Assembly (NCBI GenBank): GCA_964016885.1
Contig: OZ024752.1
Coordinates: 2,852,001 to 2,916,000, forward strand
Direction: 5' to 3'
DNA length: 64,000 nt
Source: Eledone cirrhosa
Taxonomy: Eukaryota
Made by a program: the position numbers and the translations under genes. Under the pieces are notes generated by a model. The model was given only the letters and a program-made list of their open reading frames with translations. It made no database searches and was not told the origin of the DNA. How positions within the stretch are numbered: the first letter of the stretch is position 1; each line of letters starts with the position of its first letter. Below, one piece after another: positions 55,501 through 64,000 of this stretch.

Positions 55501-56417
55501 CACATACTTCTGAGATACTCGATGATATGAGAGATATACTTGCATTTGTTTGTGAATAAACATTAAATGGTGTGATAATTTAAAATGACTAGAGAAAATA
55601 TGCAGACACTAACTTAATGATCAATGTCACTCCATAAATGAAAGGAACGCTGTCAGAACTTTAAATCAATTAAGCATAGATATTTTCTATCGTCCTTTAT
55701 TATATTATCAAACACGGAAACGTCCCTTGTAAAATAAATCTCTAGTTGTATGAAAATATGTTATTTCTAAATTATGGAATCTCTACTGAAGCATATTTAG
55801 TGCTGTCACTGTTCTGTATAGAATCCTTTATATTATCAATCAATGGATATATCGTGGTTATCCTCCTTACGCAAGTCGTTATAATTGTTAATTAATCTAA
55901 TGATTCTACTTTGTAAATTAGTTGCAATTTTAATTACCCGTTAGCTCACTACATTATATAAGTTTGCATTGATTTAACAATTTGTTTTCCAGACAGAATA
56001 TCCCCCTTGGTGATTAACACGTATCCCTATTCTAAACAACAATAACTACGTGAACAACATGCCTACGATTAATTGCAATGGAAGTTAATATTAAGATGCT
56101 TTCGAAACTGACCAGATATGTGCAGTCATGTTACGATATTCCCCAATAGCTTATCATTTCTTTATTCAGTTTATTGTTGTATCGTTCAAATAGCTTCTAC
56201 GTTCCGTCAGTAAGCTATACTATAAAGGTGACGGCCGTATGCAAGTAACACACTTTCCGCCAAGTGGCTGGACCAAACGGCACCAAATGTGCACCATAGA
56301 TGTGACTTTTTCCAAGTAAGAAAGTGAGGGTATTTTTGTTTACTGAATTTTGTTAAAAGATTAAAGACATTATTTAAATATTCACTTCTTTAACATTTCC
56401 AAATGTCAACAATTCCT

Positions 56418-56582
56418 AACGTCTTCATGAACCAAAGTATTATTTTCCTGTTTTCTTTCGGTTGCAACGTCTTTTGAAATATTAACTTCTGCGTTCACAG
56501 ATTGATTTTTTTTAGTTTCAGAGATCCCGTTAAGAGTGAAAGCAGCTATTCTTTGCTAAAATTGTAATCTGTTATTTTAATA
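56418..56582 (+). mobile_element. Family F4 tail-less end
   Basis: Ends atctgttattttaat|(TA)n, as in the other F4 copies. Confidence 0.7.
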
Positions 56583-56775
56583 TATATATATAATTATATA
56601 TTCGTGTACAGATATATTTGCATACACACAAAGAAAATATAAACACACGTATTTATTTCACGAAAGCACAGACAGCTTATCTTCATTCTTACTGCCGAGA
56701 TGCCACCCAAAAATGTCTCAGCCTGGCCGCAAGATCAGATTTCCCAGAAGAATAAAATTTACTAGGGTAGCAGAG

Positions 56776-56965
56776 AGACTAAGCTTCGCGATTACCATAA
56801 ACAAAGCTCAGGGTCAAACCCTAAAAGTGGAAGGCCTTCATCTGGGAAAACCATGGTCAATTGTATGTAGGATACTCTAGGTTTAGCTCGCAAAACAATC
56901 TCTTCATCTTTGCTCACGTGGGCCGAACAAAATATATTGTATACTCTCAGGCTCTTACAATGTAA
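56776..56965 (+). pseudogene. Helitron PIF1-type helicase C-terminal fragment
   Basis: RLSFAITINKAQGQTLKV..LHL..HGQLYVGYSR...TKYIVYSQAL*, PIF1 motifs V and VI. Confidence 0.88.
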
Positions 56966-57540
56966 TTTATTTATTTTCTATTACTTGGAATTTACATAAT
57001 GTTTGTACAAATTATTATAAAGTTTGTTAAATAATGTGTTCTCTGCTCAACCTTTATTGTTGTAACTATCAATTTTCTTTAACGTACTGGCTGAGAAAAT
57101 ATGGTGCATATATCGCAGCTATTCAGATGTTTTAAACATTAGATAACGATTGCTGATGTATATTTTACGACAGAATTAACTGAAAAATATTTTGATTGAA
57201 CAAGTAAAAGTGATATAAAAGAGAGATGTTTGTTGGTTGGTCCCTTCGCGTATCACACGAAAAAAACCGAAAGGTGCAATTGGAAAGTATGTACAGGATT
57301 GGGATGAGAGTATATCCAGGAAAGTTTATTGATACTAATTTTATAACACCAAAGAAGAAGAAAGACATACCACGTATGCTAACCAACCTGACTGCTATTT
57401 CTAGCGTGTTAGGAATCAACCATGAGGGACTCTCTCTGCGAGTTCGTTGTCGATGATGATCGTTTTTGCGGCCTATGTCTCTGATTCCAACGATGGCTTA
57501 CACACACAAACGCACACGCTCACGCACACACACGAACACT

Positions 57541-57576
<36 letters not shown>

Positions 57577-58670
57577 AACACACACACAAACACTCACATA
57601 TATACACACACACACCCACCCACACACACATACACACACACAATACACACTCACTGTAAACAAGACAATGCATTCAATACAGACGTATTCTCTTCTGCCG
57701 GTCTTCTCTTATCATTTGTTAACCTTGGCAAAGCTGGGTACCTCAGCTAGTATCCTATACGCTCAGTGATGTATTAGGAGACAATCTGATCACGTTCACA
57801 AACATAGCTTTAAGCGATATTCTGTCATGTTACATTGCAATCTGCTTTATTTCATAAGGTATCAATTCTATGTACATAATTTATGTATAGGATAACAGGA
57901 TACCTTCTGTAAAACAAAATGGACAGTATATTACTGAATAACACTAAACATTGGGTTGATGAATGCTGAACTCGTTACATTGTAGATGTGCAAAACTAGA
58001 GTACAATGGATAACGCACTATCAGAATTTAAAAATGGATCAACAATCTGAATTAGTGTTGTGAATGTTTCTTATATTTCCTGGTCGAGCTGGAGTTTTTT
58101 TTCATTTGAGAGTTAATTGATTATATTATCAACTCTCTATGAAGGTTTGTGTAACAGAGACGCGATTAAACATACCGACCAGGCTGTGTATCTCTTATTA
58201 ATATACCATCAAGTTTTAGATAATTTAACAATGTTTTAAATTTAAAGAAGAAAACAGCATAACCAAACTCTCCTTAAAAATACTATGTTGGAAAATATAT
58301 GGGCATTTTCGTATTGCATCTGTATTATTATAGAACTTCTGTATTATTGCTTGTGGATTCCTGAATATAAATCATTACTGAAGTGTGGTTGTAGAAAGTA
58401 TAAGAAAGTAAAAATCTAAATCATATGAGATTTATTTTTCACCCCTGCCTTTACTATATCTCTTTCATAATTACACAAAAATAAACACAAACATATTCAC
58501 TTCCAAACGGGCATAGACACACAGACACAGACACACACGGACAACCACCCAACAAACACACACACACGCACACACACATACACCCCCCACATACACACAC
58601 ATACCCCACACACACACCCATACACACACACACGCACACACACACACACACACAGACACACACACACACG

Positions 58671-58703
<33 letters not shown>

Positions 58704-58708
<5 letters not shown>

Positions 58709-59512
58709 TAATTTCAGCGAGATCGAATTTCGGCAGTGGTCAAAAACGAAGCGAAACTTTTTTTTTCGAGATATGCGGCAAGCGCTCAATGGACTAAAAG
58801 AAGACCAGAGCAATTAACATAGGTTATAGAGACCAAACAAACTGAAAACGGCGGTCATGAAGCTATCAGCCACCGAAGTCAAAAAAACCAAGCAAGCTAA
58901 ACAAGTCAAACGAAAGAATTTACCTGGACCTCATATAATTGATGGTATAATCCAGCGAAACGTTTCTGCGACATCTAAATCAATTATACTGCCTGCTTCC
59001 ATATCAAGCTTTTGGTATAATGATCGAACAAGGCTGCAACTTCTTCAAGAGGTATTTTGTTCTCAGCCAGCGAGCGGGTTCCTAGCAGTTGTATTGCTGT
59101 AGTGATTACCCCACTTGTATTACCCTGCGAGGGAGGCAACCCCGGTTTTGACGGGTGAATTTAGAAGGTGTAAAATTAATGCTAGAATTGCAAAGACTGC
59201 ACAAATCGGACTAAGCTCTCGACCGAGTTGTTTTTAATATAAACTTAAGCAATTAATCAATCAATATAATTATCTAATATAATTAACAGGTTAATTGCTA
59301 GGCCTGACAGATTAATACAAATATAATTTCAACGAGATCGAATTCCGGCTGTGGTCAAAAACAAACCGAAACGCAATTTCCGAATATGCGGCAAGAACTC
59401 AATGACATAAAAGAAGACCAAACAATAAACATAGGTTATAGAGGCCAAACAACCTGAAAACGGTGGTCAGCAAGGTATCAGCCACCAAAGCCCCAAAACG
59501 AAGCAAGCTAAA
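58704..59512. mobile_element. ORF-less element with direct terminal repeats of about 195 bp (58704-58901, 59319-59512)
   Basis: Clear direct repeat at an offset of about 615 bp; flanked by TA runs. Confidence 0.7.
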
Positions 59513-59606
59513 TATATGTATATTCAAACCCAGAAACGTATATAAAGGCCTGTTAAAAGTGTCTTCCTCTTATGAGCATAGATCATGCTGTTTTAATGTA
59601 AAATAA

Positions 59607-59760
59607 TTGTTTCTACGTTTGACACAAGGCCAGTAATTACCCCAGTGTATTATTGGTACTTTATTTTGTCGACCCCGTAAGGATGAAAGGCAAAGTTAAC
59701 CTTGGCGGGATTTTAACTCAGTCCGTAAAGAGACGTAACTGTGCTGCAAAGCATGGCACA
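59607..59760 (-). mobile_element. SINE family S1
   Basis: Matches 7045-7200. Confidence 0.82.
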
Positions 59761-60849
59761 TCGTTCAGCATAGATCTATTCCATCACAACAGCTGTAGGA
59801 ATAATCACCGGTAAAATATATACTTTTCAGTTACAAAAAACATTGCACCAAACCAAACCAACTGTGGAAACTTTCTTTGAAATAGCATCCATCTCCCCTT
59901 CGCGTAACACCTTACCAGCTTGGGTAAAGATACGTGAAAGGAGATGATCTGGGCTCGATGTAAAGATAAATGTTAGACAGCCTGTTCAAGTTTATACAGG
60001 TTGATTAAGGTTGCATGTATTGATCAATGTTAGATGGAATGTTACATGCTAGATAACATACTTACAAACTGTCGTAGATAGAGGGGATTCTCCAGGTTAA
60101 CAGGGAAAAATAGATGGCCAGAATTGTATTATCGCATAAAGGCTTAATGGTATAATCAAAATTTGACGGCAGGTTCATCGTTGAACGGGATATTTGAGGC
60201 TGAGGCTGAGATGATGCAGATTCGATGGAACGTTTAAGGCTAGATGTGATTATCTAGGCGAAGTATTTTGATGAAAGACGGCAGAAAAGCACACATATGT
60301 AAGGGAAGTTCATTGTTGGATTAGATGATCAAGTATTTACTAATAGCTCTCTAAGTTCATGATTAGTTTGTTATTTTGAAAACTCCATAGCGTGGTATAT
60401 AATATGACTTTATATAGTTGTGCCTTTTCTTCTCATATTCATGTATACATATCTGAAGCTGCAGCAGTTAACATCAATATAATGTTCTTTCACCTCACCA
60501 CCATTGAATGTCATGCCTAAGTATAAAATTCAGCAAATGGATATACATTTTAACGATTTCAACCATTATACTTCACATTTATTATTCCATGATCATCACA
60601 CACCAGCATGCACTTAGTTATATTAACATGTATGCGATTGATAAACGTGCGGTAGTACATAACTAAAATCAATTGTGTAGCTCCTTTACGATGCTACCCT
60701 TCTACAAACTATTACCAGACTCATCCCATCAAACAAGATATGCCACTCTCTGAAGTTGTATATTGTCTGGATATTTTCTATGAATGCAATTTCCATTATT
60801 ATTCCATAATCTTAAGTGAATTGCTTTAAATACCATCCTTCCTTCCTTT

Positions 60850-61140
60850 CTTCTTCTTCTTCTTCTTCTTCTTCTTCTTCTTCTTCTTCTTCTTCTTCTT
60901 CTTCTTCTTCTTCCTTCTGGGAGAGTCCTACGGGCAGAGTCGTCCTCAAATAATGCCCCCAGCGGGTCCTCTCCGAAGCAACCGTCTACAAATGATCCGG
61001 CTGAAAACCCAAGCGTTACCAACCAAGCTCATTGATGTTATCTCTTCATATGTTATCGCTCGCCAGCTCTAATCGATCGACAAGATCCCAAACCTCTTTC
61101 CCTTGCCGAGTGGTGTGGACATCGTCAAATCAGGCCAAGG
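60850..61140 (-). mobile_element. RTE-type LINE 3' end with (GAA)n tail
   Basis: Reverse complement VASERTRW followed by (GAA)n; related to 61497-61680. Confidence 0.65.
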
Positions 61141-61194
61141 AAACAATGTTTCCATTAGTCTGTCTATTGCTGTTAATATCTACCGGTCACAAAA

Positions 61195-61324
61195 CGTAGC
61201 AGAAGGAGCAATGTGAAATAAATTGTCTTGATCAAGGACATCAGGCATCATATGGTCCGAGAATTGAACTCACAACCTCACAATTGCGAATACACCCCTC
61301 TAACCATTGAGCCACGCGCTTTCA
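61195..61324 (-). mobile_element. SINE family S2
   Basis: Reverse complement of 31244-31365. Confidence 0.82.
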
Positions 61325-61496
61325 CGCGCATTATAATCAAAGTTAATCTCGTCCAAATAAATCGGATTGATTTTGATTATCATCGAGTTAGATTGGTAAT
61401 GACACATTAACACTTGCATGTTGAAGATAAGATAATGTAGCTGTCCAATTGACCACTAGAAAATAACAAAAGATGTGTTCAAATTAATTCCACATA

Positions 61497-61680
61497 TCTT
61501 CTTCTTCTTCTTCTTCTTCTTCTTGAGAGGGTGTGTCGTGAGCGCAGAGTCCTCAAACTCTCCCACCGGCGGGTCCTGTCAGAAGCAACTGTCACCAACT
61601 GATCCGCCTGGATCCACACACGTGACCAGCCAAGTTGATGGATGTTATGCAACCATATTGCACGTGGTCTAACCTTGGAT
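61497..61680 (-). mobile_element. RTE-type LINE 3' end with (GAA)n tail
   Basis: Reverse complement QLVTVASDRTRRWESLR (A.DR..W motif) followed by (GAA)n. Confidence 0.65.
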
Positions 61681-62749
61681 CTCTAGCCGGTTGGTTTTGC
61701 CAGTAAAATATGTACAGCGTTACCTTCCTTTGTTCTTTATAGTGGGCAAATTATTAAATTATCACTCTTACATATTTTTCTCGATCAACCTATTATACAT
61801 ATATGCCACACATTAAAATATATAGATCTAGAAATTTCTAACACAATATTTACTATAATACTCGCTTCAATTAACTTGTTGTTGATCGGATATATATATA
61901 AACCCAGTACAAGCAGGTCTGGTGTAGACGTCGCTATGAATATATCTGATTTAAAAAATCATCCAACGTGATTTAATATGCAGTTGATATTTATAGCAGA
62001 AGAAGTAAATACACAGAGATTTCCAGGATCTACTTTTCCATCAAATTGATCAACTAAGTACAGGTCACACTATTAGCCACAGGAAATATTGCACAGATTA
62101 TATTGTAGATAAAATATTATGTCAAATATTATTTCCAATATACTGGCTACATCTCAAAAACACAAGTGTCCCGTTGTATTACAAGATACAACTATCTTGC
62201 TATATTAAAGAAATGATCGCAATGACTTCTTAGTTAAGACACAATCTGTTGGCTACATTACATCAAATCACATTACCCTACTGGCTATGTTACAGAACAT
62301 GACATACACGGAAATATATTGAAAATGGTAAAATGTTCTCATTTGTAAACAATTTAACATGTTCCAAAAACAACAACACCAACACGAAATTAATACAGGA
62401 GAGCAAGTACTACATAAGAAATTTAATTACACAAGCGTATTTCGTTTTGATTGTTAGTGATTTGATAAAAATACCGCTAGAAACCAATTTCTCAGCTAAA
62501 TATTTGTATTAACTTCAATAACGATTGTGTTTTGTACAATATATAACACGGTATTTTAGAGGAAGCCAGATACGAATATTAGAGTAGTGATCTATGCACT
62601 TTTATCAGTGCAAACATGAAAGTTTACATGTACAGAATATTGCTTCCGTCCCTTTTACATTGATGTGTCTCAATCATTCATTGTTTGACTCTCGTCAGCT
62701 CACATTTTGATTATATATTTTATTTACCTTATAATTTGTACATGAAGGA

Positions 62750-62990
62750 ATTAAGCAGCTGCTTACAAAAACATGATAGAGAATCTTTATAGGATTAGAC
62801 AATATTACCAAATCATTTGTCAGGCGTTCTGCTATAAAATTATATTCTGATGGTCGTGGATAATCATTGACGTGAGACACTTGTAAGTCCTTTTGCCGTG
62901 TAAATGATATCTGGAAGGTGATTGACTGGAAAGATGTATCCAAAGAACCATCATACACCAAGATAATGCAAAAGTTGTAATCGCAGATGT
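62750..62990 (-). pseudogene. Decayed RTE-like RT fragment
   Basis: YLG..DGSLDT...IKILYHVFV resembles RTE YLG...DG.LD.EI...TK..Y..VV. Confidence 0.35.
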
Positions 62991-63595
62991 AATTCATTTT
63001 ACTGAGATTTTTGCAAGTGTGTGATGAAACAAACTATCAATAAATACTATTTAATCAACATTCTAGTCACTCTATATAGAAGCTCCTACATTTATATATA
63101 CCTCATTTTCATGTGTCCATCTTTCTTTGTAACCTAGTAGATTATGCCGCATTCGCTCAATATCAAGATTATTATTTTTTGCTTTATGAAGATTTGCACG
63201 TTTACTATCCGGCTCTCATAGACAATTTGAACACACACACATAGACAATATTCCTAGAAAATTAGCAGCTATCTGTTCGTGGCATAGTAAATATGTCACA
63301 TTCTCCAGGGATGCCAAATATTATTGAATATCATGTGACCCCATCTGAAAATAAAATAAAAAAATACGTATGTGTATTACTGATGATAATGAGATAATTC
63401 AAGCAAAGGTCAACATTGTTAGCAAGGTCTCAGACTATCCTACCATTCTGTTTTATATATCAGACGATATATTCTGTCATTCATTACTTCTGCTGATGGA
63501 ATCATGTGATTTGTCAGTTTTCGGAAATATCCCTATCATAAATACTTACAATTGTCTAATATTTCATGAATATCTCATGCTATATAAATATATAA

Positions 63596-63664
<69 letters not shown>

Positions 63665-63669
<5 letters not shown>

Positions 63670-63728
63670 AAAATAACAGATTAAAGTTTAAGCAAAAAAT
63701 CGCTGCTTTCACCCTTAGCGGGATCTTC
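63665..63728 (-). mobile_element. Family F4 tail-less stub
   Basis: Between (TA)n tracts; reverse complement GAAGA-T-CCC-GCTAA-GGG-T-GAAA-GCAGC is HHR-like but truncated within the core. Confidence 0.7.
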
Positions 63729-63814
63729 TATATATATATATATATATATACATATACACACACACACAAAACACACACACACACACACACAAACACACAT
63801 ATATATATATATGT

Positions 63815-64000
63815 ATAAAATAAAATAAATAAGTCAAATATTTAAAATTTGGCTTCGTTTATTACTGCTATATATATTTCGGTGACAGCCATCGTTGGCT
63901 GTGACCTCCTCAGGCAGTCCGAATTGGTGTGGTAGAAACGGGTACACCTGTTGTTGAAGTGTTTAACTCAGTCAATTCTCCGATATGACCAGTTCCTGGT
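63815..64000 (-). mobile_element. Diverged F3 copy (tail-less arm) running off the window end
   Basis: Homologous to 38603-38790. Confidence 0.85.
63864..63918 (-). ncRNA. Hammerhead ribozyme F3, intact core
   Basis: Reverse complement: ACTGC-CTGAGGA-GGTCACAGCCA-ACGA-TGGCTGTCACC-GAAA-TATATA-TA-GCAGT. Confidence 0.9.

Overview
AT-rich eukaryotic DNA with no host protein-coding gene that I can support. Most ORFs in the track are translations of (TA)n/(CA)n microsatellites. The SINEs, the Tx1 LINE and the mariner remnant resemble octopod cephalopod repeats; this is an inference from recalled repeat sequences, not a database search. The window is dominated by decayed transposons: Penelope-like elements (PLEs; Neptune-like, Naiad-like and one with an atypical RT motif), an L1/Tx1 LINE, RTE ends, Helitrons, a mariner remnant and tRNA-derived SINEs. 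The main unexplained structure is a dense set of about 18-20 type-I hammerhead ribozyme (HHR) motifs from roughly ten families. About seven have an intact catalytic core, and most have a palindromic helix III. Many sit in fold-back (palindromic) PLE-end insertions inside (TA)n tracts. In these, the inverted arm stops at a fixed, family-specific TA-like breakpoint, and 5' truncations cluster inside the ribozyme. One ribozyme family uses AUAUAUAU, the same sequence as its target microsatellite, as helix III. One tandem, ORF-less unit with two HHRs looks like a retrozyme. All folds and alignments were done by eye; HHR positions were counted base by base, but TE boundaries are approximate.
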